Shown here one piece after another: positions 7,960 to 17,750 of a stretch of 64,000 nt of DNA. The translations under genes were made by a program, and so were the position numbers. The first letter of the stretch is position 1, and each line of letters begins with the position of its first letter. The notes under the pieces were generated by a model. It did not search any database, was not told the origin of the DNA, and saw only the letters and a program-made list of their open reading frames with translations. This DNA comes from Gammaproteobacteria bacterium (lineage in GTDB: Bacteria > Pseudomonadota > Gammaproteobacteria > JAJFKG01): NCBI GenBank assembly GCA_965116795.1, contig OZ220716.1, forward strand, positions 330,503 through 394,502, given 5' to 3'.

Positions 7960-8523
7960 ATGGGTGTTTCTATTCGTATGTACGCGAAACACCGCGGTAT
8001 TAGTCACACAGCTGTACGCAAAGCGATTCAACAGGGTCGTATTACCACAGAAGCTGATGGCACTATTAACGTTGAGCGTGCAGATAAGGAATGGGAAGCT
8101 AACACCATCTCCAAGACAAACATAGATAGCTCACAGACTAGTAATTCATCAACACTTGTACCGTTATCTGCAGTCAATACAACAAGAGAAGTGCTCAAGG
8201 AGAACAATGTCATGTTATCAACTGACAGTGTGACATATGCTGAAGCAAAAACGGCTAACGAGATATTAAAAGCGCAAGCCAATCATATTCGCAATCGACA
8301 GTTAGAAGGCGAGTTAGTCGATTGCAAACAAGCTGCTGCACATGTATTTCAATTAGCAAGACAAGAACGTGATGCGTGGTTAGCGTGGCCAACACGTATT
8401 GCTAATCAAATGGCAGCGGAACCTGATTTGCATGATGCGTATCGATTACAAATGACATTGGAACGTTATGTGCGTGAACATTTACTGGAACTTAGCGATA
8501 TCAAACCTAACTTCGTACAATAA
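7960..8523 (+). CDS. Terminase small subunit (Nu1-like)
   Basis: N-terminal HTH-like MGVSIRMYAKHRGISHTAVRKAIQQGRI; lies immediately upstream of terL. Confidence 0.8.
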   Translation: MGVSIRMYAKHRGISHTAVRKAIQQGRITTEADGTINVERADKEWEANTISKTNIDSSQTSNSSTLVPLSAVNTTREVLKENNVMLSTDSVTYAEAKTANEILKAQANHIRNRQLEGELVDCKQAAAHVFQLARQERDAWLAWPTRIANQMAAEPDLHDAYRLQMTLERYVREHLLELSDIKPNFVQ

Positions 8524-8528
8524 ACATC

Positions 8529-10553
8529 ATGTATCAAAACGCTACTGTTATTCTGAATGAATGGTATTCAGGATTAACGCCCGATCGCTTTTTAACAATT
8601 TCTCAATGGGCAGACGAATATCGCAAGTTATCATCCAAAGCCGCTGCTGAGCCAGGTCGTTGGCGCACAGCGCGCACACCGTATTTAAAAGAGATTATGG
8701 ATGCACTCTCGCCGCACTCTCCCATACAACGGGTAGTGTTTATGAAGGGGGCACAAATCGGAGGTACCGAAGCCGGGAATAATTGGGTTGGGTATATGAT
8801 CCACTTATCCCCTGCACCGATGATGGCGGTCGCTCCAACCACTGAAGCAGCTAAGCGTAACTCTAAACAGCGCATTGACTCACTTATTGAAGATTGCCCT
8901 GAATTACGTGCACGAGTGAAACCGGCACGCTCGCGTGACTCAGGTAACACGGTATTATCCAAAGAATTCCCCGGTGGGGTGTTAGTGATGACAGGCGCGA
9001 ACTCGGCCGTGGGATTACGCTCGATGCCAGCGCGTTACTTATTCATGGATGAAGTGGATGGGTATCCAGGGGATGTGGACGGTGAAGGCGACCCGATTGT
9101 ATTAGCAGAGCGTCGCAGCGCCACGTTTCAAACACGGCGCAAAGTTTTCTTAGTCAGCACCCCAACATTAAAAGGCTTGTCACGTATCCAACGTGAGTTC
9201 GAACACACTGACCAACGTTATTATCATGTGCCCTGCCCGCACTGTGGGCATTATCAACCGTTACGTTTTGCTCAATTGCGTTGGGAAGAAGGTAAGCCTA
9301 AGAATGTTCAGTATGAATGTGAATCGTGTGAGCAGCTCATCGCAGAACATCACAAAACGCAGCTATTGGGCAGTGGTAAATGGGTAGCAACCCGTGAGAG
9401 TCAACAACAACACACCGTCGGTTATCACTTATCAAGTCTCTACAGTCCCATTGGTTGGTTTAGTTGGTCAAATGCCGCTGCGCTATTTGAACAAGCTAAA
9501 ACACACCCTGATAGTATGAAAGGATTTATTAACACCGTATTAGGAGAGCCCTATGAAGAAGAGCACGATGCACCGGACTGGGAAACACTTTACCAACGAT
9601 GTGAAACATACCCGCAAGGTATTATCCCGCTTGGTGGATTGTTTATTACAGCTGGTGTGGATATTCAAAAAGACCGCATTGAGTGTGAGATGGTTGCTTG
9701 GGGGCGCGATAAACAAAGTTGGTCGGTTGATTACGCGGTGTTATCAGGCGATACGGCGCGCACTGACGTCTGGCAACAATTAGAGACCCTACTTCAACAA
9801 GATTGGCCACATGCCTCAGGGCATACGTTACCGATTCGAGTGATGGCCGTTGACAGTGGTTATGCGACACAAGAAGTCTATTCGTGGGTGAAGCGCCATC
9901 CCCAAGCAATATGGGGTGGTGGAGGAGCGCGAGCCAATCAACCACGCACTGTTGTTGCAGTAAAAGGTCGTGACAATGACACTGCATTGATTTTAAGTGT
10001 GTCCAAAACCGACGTCAGTGGTAAGCGCCGTGGTTTGCGGGTGTGGAATATCTCTAGCACCGTTGCCAAAGTAGAACTCTACCGCTGGTTGAAACTGGGT
10101 AAACCAACAGACAACCGTAATGACACAGAACCTACCGACTGTCCGGCAGGCTATTGTCATTTCCCAGAATATGAGCCAGAATACTTCAAGCAATTAACCG
10201 CAGAGAAACGCATTATCCGCATTCACCGTGGGTATCCACGTGCGGTGTGGGAGAAAGACCCAACCAGGCGCAATGAAGCGTTAGATTGCAGGGTGTATGC
10301 TAGAGCGGCGGCGAGTATTTACGGGTTAGATAGATTTAATGAACGGCATTGGCAACAGTTTGAAGAAGCGTTAGGTAAACCGGTTGCAGCAACAGTTGAT
10401 AATAATCATAAGCAACCAACACACTCAAGCAAACCGCTATCAGACAGAGCCACGTTCTTGCGCGCCATGATGACACCGCGCCCAATCGGATTACCCGATG
10501 ACCCGTATTTAATGCCTCATGATGAGGTAGATAGGGACATTGATACTAACTAA
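8529..10553 (+). CDS. Terminase large subunit (GpA family)
   Basis: KGAQIGGTE Walker A-like motif, LFMDEVDGY Walker B, STPT, CPHC/CESC zinc pairs, GVDIQKDR nuclease motif and NEALDCRVYA. Confidence 0.95.
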   Translation: MYQNATVILNEWYSGLTPDRFLTISQWADEYRKLSSKAAAEPGRWRTARTPYLKEIMDALSPHSPIQRVVFMKGAQIGGTEAGNNWVGYMIHLSPAPMMAVAPTTEAAKRNSKQRIDSLIEDCPELRARVKPARSRDSGNTVLSKEFPGGVLVMTGANSAVGLRSMPARYLFMDEVDGYPGDVDGEGDPIVLAERRSATFQTRRKVFLVSTPTLKGLSRIQREFEHTDQRYYHVPCPHCGHYQPLRFAQLRWEEGKPKNVQYECESCEQLIAEHHKTQLLGSGKWVATRESQQQHTVGYHLSSLYSPIGWFSWSNAAALFEQAKTHPDSMKGFINTVLGEPYEEEHDAPDWETLYQRCETYPQGIIPLGGLFITAGVDIQKDRIECEMVAWGRDKQSWSVDYAVLSGDTARTDVWQQLETLLQQDWPHASGHTLPIRVMAVDSGYATQEVYSWVKRHPQAIWGGGGARANQPRTVVAVKGRDNDTALILSVSKTDVSGKRRGLRVWNISSTVAKVELYRWLKLGKPTDNRNDTEPTDCPAGYCHFPEYEPEYFKQLTAEKRIIRIHRGYPRAVWEKDPTRRNEALDCRVYARAAASIYGLDRFNERHWQQFEEALGKPVAATVDNNHKQPTHSSKPLSDRATFLRAMMTPRPIGLPDDPYLMPHDEVDRDIDTN

Positions 10554-10567
10554 ATGGATTGTAAGTG

Positions 10568-10798
10568 ATGACAACAGAGTTACCCGCATTACGTGCACGC
10601 TTGTATGATGCACAAGATGCATACCATGCACTGATGACCGGTCAACAAGAAGTCTCGGTTAACATCAGTGGCTATGGCAGTATTACCTATACCACCACTA
10701 ACATTAACCAACTTGAGCGTTACATGGCTAACTTAACCACGTTGATTGCGCGTCACTCAGGCTACGGTGGACGCAAAGCCTTGATTGCTGAGTTCTAG
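10568..10798 (+). CDS. Head-tail joining protein gpW-like
   Basis: About 76 aa between terL and portal; AQDAYHALMTGQQEVSV...YT...QLERY pattern. Confidence 0.8.
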   Translation: MTTELPALRARLYDAQDAYHALMTGQQEVSVNISGYGSITYTTTNINQLERYMANLTTLIARHSGYGGRKALIAEF

Positions 10799-10801
10799 TG
10801 A

Positions 10802-12310
10802 ATGCGTATGTATACCAGTAAACTCCCTGACACCGCGCACCGCGGTGCATCCCATACCGCTAGTGAATTACGTTCCTGGCAACCGCCAACAGGCTCTGCT
10901 GACAGTGATTTGCTCCCAGAGTTAGACACATTAGTCTCACGCTCGCGTGATTTGGTGCGCAATCACGGGGTGGCCAGTGGTGCAATACAGACACTCAGCG
11001 ATAACATTGTCGGTTCCGGGCTACGCTTAGCCGCACGGCCTGATTACGTAGCACTTGGTAAACCAAAAGAATGGGCAGATGAGTGGGCACGGCAAGTGGA
11101 ATCGTTATGGCGCACGTGGGCAGAGTCGACAACGTGTGATGCAGCTAACACATCAACCTTTGCAGGGCTCACGATACAAGCCTTTCGTTCATCCCTCTTA
11201 AACGGAGAAGCGTTAGTATTACCCTTGTGGTTACCCAATCGAAGTGAGTTTGCGACCACACTGCAATTGATTGAGCCTGATAGATTAAGCAATCCCAATG
11301 GTGAGCAAGACAGCAAGACATTGCGTGGTGGGATTGAGATTGATAAGTTTGGTGCACCGATAGCCTATTGGATTAAGCGCACCCACCCAGGCGACCTATT
11401 TACCTTAGCGCAAGATGATGATTGGCAACGTATCCCAGCTGTGACTAAGTTTGGCCGTCAACGCGTATTACACTTGCATGATAAAGAGCGTACCGGTCAA
11501 ACCCGAGGTAAGCCATTGCTTAGCAGTGTATTACCGTTATTTAAAACACTAGACCATTACGAGCGCAGTGAATTGCAAGCTGCTGTGGTTAACGCGATGA
11601 TTGCTGCGTTCATTGAAACGCCACTAGATAACGATGCGATTAGTGAATTGTTCGGCGGTGATGTTAATGATTACATGAAGGCACGTAATCAATGGCGTGT
11701 GCGTTTGCAAAGTGGCACCATCATTCCGGTGTTCCCAGGAGATAAAGTCTCGGCATTTACCCCCAGTCGGCCTAACAGTGGTTACGGACAGTTTGTAGAG
11801 AACGTGCTGCGACACATTGGCACCGGGCTTAATCTGCCCTTTGAACTGTTAATGAAGGATTTCTCCAAGACCAATTATTCTAGTGCGCGCGCCGCCTTAA
11901 TGGAGGCGTGGCGCTTTTTTTCAGGCAGACGTCAATGGTTAGCCACGTACTGGGCAAGACCGGTGTATGCGCTGTGGTTAGAAGAAGCGATTAACAAAGG
12001 ATTAATTGAAGCCCCTAACTTCTATCAACATAAACACGCGTGGACACGCTCTAAATGGATTGGTGCAGGGCGTGGGTGGATTGACCCGGTCAAAGAAGCG
12101 CAAGCCTCCAAGATTCGCATGGACATTGGGTTATCGACATTGGAAGAAGAATGCGCCGCACAAGGCTTAGATTGGGAGGAAGTGTTAGAGCAGCGCTCAA
12201 GGGAGCAAGCCAAGAAACATAAGCTTGGATTAGATGCGTTAACCAATACAACGACACCGCCCAAACCATCATCTTCAGCCGATACGGCTAATGACAATTA
12301 CAATAGCTAA
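10802..12310 (+). CDS. Phage portal protein, lambda family
   Basis: RSRDLVRNHG, QLIEPDRL, QTRGKP, NYSSARAAL and WIDPVKE motifs. Confidence 0.95.
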   Translation: MRMYTSKLPDTAHRGASHTASELRSWQPPTGSADSDLLPELDTLVSRSRDLVRNHGVASGAIQTLSDNIVGSGLRLAARPDYVALGKPKEWADEWARQVESLWRTWAESTTCDAANTSTFAGLTIQAFRSSLLNGEALVLPLWLPNRSEFATTLQLIEPDRLSNPNGEQDSKTLRGGIEIDKFGAPIAYWIKRTHPGDLFTLAQDDDWQRIPAVTKFGRQRVLHLHDKERTGQTRGKPLLSSVLPLFKTLDHYERSELQAAVVNAMIAAFIETPLDNDAISELFGGDVNDYMKARNQWRVRLQSGTIIPVFPGDKVSAFTPSRPNSGYGQFVENVLRHIGTGLNLPFELLMKDFSKTNYSSARAALMEAWRFFSGRRQWLATYWARPVYALWLEEAINKGLIEAPNFYQHKHAWTRSKWIGAGRGWIDPVKEAQASKIRMDIGLSTLEEECAAQGLDWEEVLEQRSREQAKKHKLGLDALTNTTTPPKPSSSADTANDNYNS

Positions 12311-12415
12311 CGATAGCGCTCTTGTTTCGTAAATAGGAATAAGTGCTAGAACAACCTAAAGAGAGCAGACAAAAAGGTTAAAAAACAAGAGTCATCTGAG
12401 ATAGCTTACTTTGAG

Positions 12416-13318
12416 CTAACTTTCTTCCCATCTATATTCTTTTTTTGTTTTTGAGTAACACAAGTTTCCTGTTTTGACCGCATCAAGGAAATTATTGAAA
12501 TGGTTATAGTTGACAAGGAAATATGGTGCAAAACCGTTACTCCCGTATCTAGTAGTGCTACGATAAGCAACCCAAGGGAGATCTTTATAAAAAATTGGGA
12601 ATTGACTATTTGCTTTAGGGTATCTTATTAGGTAAATTTTAGATTTGATCAATAAAATAGGCAAGATAGTTTTGTTCCTAACAGACCCATTTACAAAGAG
12701 GCCATTATCTTTGCAGTACCTAAGTAAATTATCAATTTGTTGAATTCCATGTTGTAAACATGTGTTACCATATTTTTTGTCAGCTCTTTGGTAAAAACAA
12801 ACTTCTTCTGATTCTGATGCTGATTTTAATTTCTCCGTTTTCTCCACGTCGAAAAAATCGCCAGTGAATGCAATAAAAGGGGATTTGGAGTCTTCAGAAA
12901 AATCAGGAGAAAATTTAGTAATTTCATCTTGCAAAAAGCAATTGTCTTTTTTAAAGATAGCATGTGCATTTTTTTGAGTGTAAGTATTACTATGACCATC
13001 TATCAAGAAGAGTTTAACGGATTCTTTGCTACCTTTGCATTCTAGTAAAAAAACTCTTTGGTAACGGTCGCTTAGTGATTGAAATGTTTCTTTTTGAATA
13101 ACTTCAGACTCAGCATATACATCAACATTGCCAACAAAATCGCCATTTAATCTATCGCGTGTTCGTTTTTCAACGTCCACTGAATTGCTAATTATTTCCT
13201 GGCGATTTAATAAAACATCGGCCGCTTTAAATTGTAGGTTAAATCCATATTTTTCCATGGTATTTGAAAATTTATCAATATCACAAGTGGTATTGTTGTC
13301 TTCTTTAGATGTGTTCAA
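12416..13318 (-). CDS. PD-(D/E)xK nuclease-like moron
   Basis: KYGFNLQ...VDVYA...VFLLECK catalytic-type motifs; AT-rich; antisense to the structural operon, between portal and protease. Confidence 0.6.
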   Translation of the reverse strand: MNTSKEDNNTTCDIDKFSNTMEKYGFNLQFKAADVLLNRQEIISNSVDVEKRTRDRLNGDFVGNVDVYAESEVIQKETFQSLSDRYQRVFLLECKGSKESVKLFLIDGHSNTYTQKNAHAIFKKDNCFLQDEITKFSPDFSEDSKSPFIAFTGDFFDVEKTEKLKSASESEEVCFYQRADKKYGNTCLQHGIQQIDNLLRYCKDNGLFVNGSVRNKTILPILLIKSKIYLIRYPKANSQFPIFYKDLPWVAYRSTTRYGSNGFAPYFLVNYNHFNNFLDAVKTGNLCYSKTKKEYRWEES

Positions 13319-13467
13319 TGTAATTTGCCTGCTCTAGCTTCTAAGTAATTGTTCTCCGAACAATCATACTTGCTAAAAAAGCGCACGGCAAATATTGCCA
13401 CAATACAGAATATTGTAATAACTATTGACCACATTTCTGTTTAATCAAACTGTAAAAGGAACAGGTC

Positions 13468-14646
13468 ATGCGTGCTTGGAATAAAGCCACCGGTGAACCG
13501 TGGGCAATCACCACGGATGCGTTAACTACCATCTTAGATGTTGCGGCTAGAACCAATGCGTCACCTGAAGCAGTAGCGGCCAAGTTAGGGCGTGAATTAC
13601 ATAACAGTCACCAGATGATGATTAACAACGGTGTAGCAGTGATTCCAATTATCGGTGCACTGTTTCGTTATGCCAATGTGTTCACGCAAGTCAGCGGTGC
13701 AAGTTCGTATGAGATGATTGCCAAAGACGTTAGCAATGCATTTGCTAACCCGGATGTACACACCATCCTCCTTAACATCGACTCACCCGGCGGTGAAGTC
13801 AATGGCTGTTGTGAGTTAGCACAATTCATTTACGGAGCACGCGGTAAGAAACCGATTATTGCCTATGGCTCGGGTGATGTTGCCTCCGGTGCATACTGGA
13901 TAGCCAGCGCCTGTGACAAATTGATTGTGTCCAAAACCAGCAGTGTGGGCTCTATCGGTGTTGTCGGTGTTTATCGTGATAGCAAAGATGATAATACCGT
14001 TGAGATTGTCTCCTCCCAAAGCCCGCACAAGCGCTGTGATATTCACGATGATGACGGACGCGCTCGCCTGCAACAACGCATTGATGCTTTGGCTAACGTA
14101 TTTATCGATGCGGTGGCCACCTACCGTAATGTCTCAACCGAATATGTCACCGAGCACTTTGGCGAAGGTGATGTGTTCATTGGCGAGCATGCACTGCAAC
14201 GCGGTTTAGTTGACCGTGTTAGCACGCTCGATAATGTACTGAATCAACTGCAACCACAGGAGACTGTTATGACTCAATTAACACCTAATACCATAGACTC
14301 AACGGATAAGGCTGTAGCAACAGTCGATATGACTGATGACTTGCTCATCCAAGGCAGGGTGAAAGAACGTGCACGCATCCAAGCTATCTTAACGTGTGAT
14401 GAAGCGCAATCTCGGATGAAGTTGGCACACCACTTAGCGTTTGCCACGGACATGGATATTGACTCGGTGATGGCAGCATTAGCCAATGCGCCCGATACCC
14501 AATCAACGCCTGCGCCCACTGTGGATAACACCGGCTTTCACACCATGATGAATCAATTGGCGAATCCGGCTATTACCCCAAGCGAGCCAGCATCAGAGGA
14601 TATCGATAACACTGATGTGATTGCTAAACGCATCGCTGAGTCTTAA
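13468..14646 (+). CDS. Prohead protease S49 (gpC-like) with C-terminal scaffold region
   Basis: NIDSPGGEV, ASGAYWIASAC and GSIGVV motifs. Confidence 0.92.
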   Translation: MRAWNKATGEPWAITTDALTTILDVAARTNASPEAVAAKLGRELHNSHQMMINNGVAVIPIIGALFRYANVFTQVSGASSYEMIAKDVSNAFANPDVHTILLNIDSPGGEVNGCCELAQFIYGARGKKPIIAYGSGDVASGAYWIASACDKLIVSKTSSVGSIGVVGVYRDSKDDNTVEIVSSQSPHKRCDIHDDDGRARLQQRIDALANVFIDAVATYRNVSTEYVTEHFGEGDVFIGEHALQRGLVDRVSTLDNVLNQLQPQETVMTQLTPNTIDSTDKAVATVDMTDDLLIQGRVKERARIQAILTCDEAQSRMKLAHHLAFATDMDIDSVMAALANAPDTQSTPAPTVDNTGFHTMMNQLANPAITPSEPASEDIDNTDVIAKRIAES

Positions 14647-14707
14647 CTCGCTGAATCAATCCAGCAACCAATCAACTAACCTCACTCAACCATAGGAGAA
14701 CCTTATC

Positions 14708-15088
14708 ATGACTGCACAAGGCTTTACTGACCGTGGGTCAATTACCCCCGATAACTTAGTAGCAGGGGAATTTCCCTGCGTACAACGAACGCAAGCGATT
14801 ACCAGTACCACCCCACTGATGCGAGGCGCCGTACTAGGGCGCATCACAGACAGTGGTCTGTATACCTTAAGCGCTAGCAAAGCAACCGATGGCTCACAAA
14901 CCCCGGTGGCTATCTTAGCTGAATCCATTGAGGCAGCAGACAATACTCAAGCAGTGGTGTATCACGGTGGTGAGTTCAATGCCAAAGCGCTGACCTTTGG
15001 TAAAGGCCATAGTGCTGAGTCGGTATGGAACAGTTGGCGCACCACCGGTAACAACACACTCTTTCTTCGCAACAACCAGGAGATTTAA
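14708..15088 (+). CDS. Head decoration protein (gpD-like)
   Basis: GAVLGRIT...DGSQTPVAILAE...GEFN; lies before the capsid gene. Confidence 0.85.
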   Translation: MTAQGFTDRGSITPDNLVAGEFPCVQRTQAITSTTPLMRGAVLGRITDSGLYTLSASKATDGSQTPVAILAESIEAADNTQAVVYHGGEFNAKALTFGKGHSAESVWNSWRTTGNNTLFLRNNQEI

Positions 15089-15090
15089 CC

Positions 15091-16125
15091 ATGGCTGATA
15101 TCTTTTCCACATTCATACTTAATCGCACGATTGAATACTTAGAGCGTCCGGCATCGTTTTTATTAGATACCTTCTTCACAGCGGTGCAAACCGATGAGCG
15201 TGAAGAAATCTACTTTGACATTGACCAATCTAAACCCCGCTTAGCACCCTTTGTCTCACCACTCGTTGCTGGTAAAGTGGTGGATGCACAAGGCTACAGT
15301 ACCCAAAGCTTTAAACCGGCATACATCAAAGACAAGCGTCGCTTTGATGCGAGCATTCCGTTAAAGCGTGTCATTGGTGAGACCATTGGGGGTGAATTGC
15401 CGGGACGACGCAGATTAGAAGCGGCGATTAGTAAAGCCCTTAAAGACCAGTTAGAGAACTTAACCCGGCGTGAAGAAGTGATGGCAGCAGAAGCGCTAGT
15501 TAAAGGTACCGTCACGGTATCAGGTGATAACTACCCCACTCAAGTGGTGGACTTTAAACGTGACCCGGCATTAACTGTTAAGCTACCTAACGCTAATAAA
15601 TGGAGTAATACAGATGCACCGGCACTAGACCACTTAGAAGAATGGGCGTGTTTGATTCAGGATAAATCAGGTGCGGTGGCCAAGCGTGTTATCCTTGACC
15701 CGAAAGCATGGAAGTTGTTGCGTAAGAACAAACAAGTGATTGAACAACTCGACATTCGCCGAGGTACCAATATCAGTGTGACCACTGACCCGATGGTACG
15801 TGGTCAAGGCAATGAGAAAGCACGATACGTTGGCACTATTGGTGATTTTGATTTACACGTTTACAATGACGTGTATGTGGATGATGAGGGCAACACCCAA
15901 CATCTCCTGCCAGAGAACACGGTGTTGTTAGTCAGTCAAAGCCAATTAGAAGGCACACGGTGTTATGGGATGATACAAGATGAGAAAGCGGACTTTCGTG
16001 CGATGCGGTATTTCAGTAAAAGTTGGATGGAAGAAGACCCAGCGGTGAGGTGGCTGTTATTACAATCAGCGCCATTGATTGTCCCGTATCGGCCAAATGC
16101 GTCATTGTGCGCTTTGGTGGCGTGA
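15091..16125 (+). CDS. Major capsid protein (gpE family)
   Basis: LAPFVSP, FKPAYIKDK, RREEVMAAEAL and LLLQSAPL motifs; 344 aa. Confidence 0.93.
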   Translation: MADIFSTFILNRTIEYLERPASFLLDTFFTAVQTDEREEIYFDIDQSKPRLAPFVSPLVAGKVVDAQGYSTQSFKPAYIKDKRRFDASIPLKRVIGETIGGELPGRRRLEAAISKALKDQLENLTRREEVMAAEALVKGTVTVSGDNYPTQVVDFKRDPALTVKLPNANKWSNTDAPALDHLEEWACLIQDKSGAVAKRVILDPKAWKLLRKNKQVIEQLDIRRGTNISVTTDPMVRGQGNEKARYVGTIGDFDLHVYNDVYVDDEGNTQHLLPENTVLLVSQSQLEGTRCYGMIQDEKADFRAMRYFSKSWMEEDPAVRWLLLQSAPLIVPYRPNASLCALVA

Positions 16126-16126
16126 T

Positions 16127-16468
16127 ATGTTAGCAGCCTTTTCAAAAGCAACCGATAGATTGTTTAACCGATTGGGGGTGCAAGCAGTGTATCATCCACA
16201 TGGCACAACCGACCACATGACCTTGCAGGTGATTCTAAAAATCCCTGACCACTTGATGGACTTTCAAGCAGCGCAAGTGCTCAGCTCAACCCAAGTCGTC
16301 GATGTCAAGTGCAGTGATGTGACACAGCCTAAGGTGGGTGATGTGATTCAGGTTAATCAAACGCAGTACACAATACAAAGCGAACCGGTGCGTGACCAAC
16401 ATGGGTTAATTTGGAAACTGGATGTGGTTAGAACATGCGACTTCACGCCGCCATCAGTGGCAACTTAA
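16127..16468 (+). CDS. Head-tail joining protein (gpFII-like)
   Basis: Position after the capsid gene; PKVGDVI...YTIQSEPVRD pattern. Probable start is ATG 16127. Confidence 0.7.
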   Translation: MLAAFSKATDRLFNRLGVQAVYHPHGTTDHMTLQVILKIPDHLMDFQAAQVLSSTQVVDVKCSDVTQPKVGDVIQVNQTQYTIQSEPVRDQHGLIWKLDVVRTCDFTPPSVAT

Positions 16469-17085
16469 CTCAGTACTTACGCCAGTCACTTAAAGACGCT
16501 AAAGCTGCCGTGACTCAAGGGATACGCGAAGCGGGTACCGGCTTAAAGAGTCAGATGCGCCAGCAAACGTTAAGCAGTGGCTTAGGCAGAGGGTTAGCCA
16601 ACAGTTGGCGTGCTAAGTTCTACCCAACCCAATCAAGTTTAGAGGCGGCGAGTTTTATCTACACGCGTGCTTATAAGATATTGCCTGCGTTTGAACACGG
16701 CTCATTGATTGCCGGTCGTCATGGATTGTGGTTAGCGATACCAACGCCCAATGTGCCCAAAGCCAGACGCTTTGAAAAGCGCCCTACACCAAAAGACATT
16801 GAGCGCAAGTGGCATGTGAGGTTGCGCTTTGTGTATCGACCCAATGGTGCATCGCTATTGGTGTTAGATAACCGTCGTGCAAGTTACAATCGCAGTACCG
16901 GCGAGTTACGTGGGTTTAGAAAGGCCAGTGACTCCGCATTGCGCACAGGTCGTGGATTAAGTACCGTGGTGATGTTCTGGTTAGTACCACAAGTGAAACT
17001 GCCTAAGCGCATTGACTTTGCCAGAGCGGCAGCTAATTGGCAGCGTCGACTCCCAGAATTAATTGTCAAACATTGGAAAGACTAA
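16435..17085 (+). CDS. Tail completion protein (gpZ-like)
   Basis: Arg-rich; GLWLAIPT and MFWLVPQVKLPKR motifs; gpZ position. Confidence 0.65.
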   Translation: MRLHAAISGNLTQYLRQSLKDAKAAVTQGIREAGTGLKSQMRQQTLSSGLGRGLANSWRAKFYPTQSSLEAASFIYTRAYKILPAFEHGSLIAGRHGLWLAIPTPNVPKARRFEKRPTPKDIERKWHVRLRFVYRPNGASLLVLDNRRASYNRSTGELRGFRKASDSALRTGRGLSTVVMFWLVPQVKLPKRIDFARAAANWQRRLPELIVKHWKD

Positions 17086-17086
17086 T

Positions 17087-17521
17087 ATGCCAAGTCAGCG
17101 CGAACGTGCAGTAACTGCGTTATATGATTATTTAAACACAACGTTATCTGATATCACTGTATTGCGTAATGCTGTACTGCCGACATCCATCCCGGCAACA
17201 GGGTTAATCATTGTGCGCGATGGTGAAGTAGGTGAGCCTGAGATTGTGTTATCACCCACACGCTACATCTACAAACACCGAGCAGAATGCGATGTCATCA
17301 CTCAACACCCAGAAGATGCACAGCGTGAACAACAGTTAGATGAACTGTTAGTGACGCTTGGCCGCACACTGCAACAAGCAAACACATTAGGGGGTATCAT
17401 CGATTTATTAACGGTGAGCAGCCCTGAAATAACGACTGAACCCATTGAAGGTGCAGCAACTATTAAAGCAGCGACAGTGCCGGTGATATTAGAGTACGTG
17501 ACAAACAATCCACTCTTGTGA
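17087..17521 (+). CDS. Tail terminator protein (gpU-like)
   Basis: MPSQRERAV...LIIVRDGEVGEPEIVLSP...Y pattern; gpU position. Confidence 0.65.
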   Translation: MPSQRERAVTALYDYLNTTLSDITVLRNAVLPTSIPATGLIIVRDGEVGEPEIVLSPTRYIYKHRAECDVITQHPEDAQREQQLDELLVTLGRTLQQANTLGGIIDLLTVSSPEITTEPIEGAATIKAATVPVILEYVTNNPLL

Positions 17522-17750
17522 GTTGACTGATTGACATCAGTATATGATGGCGTTATCGTAAGCTTGCAATTGACGATAGGGAGTTATGTCATTAAGTAAT
17601 AAGGATGTTATATCGTAAGATACGATGTTCCACTTCTTCATTACAAAACGTTTTCCTTGATAATATTTTTATTTTAAATCCATTGGCATGATCTATTGTT
17701 ATTAACAATAACGGTAACTGCTAGTTATTTTGCTGGCAATGGGAGTTAAT

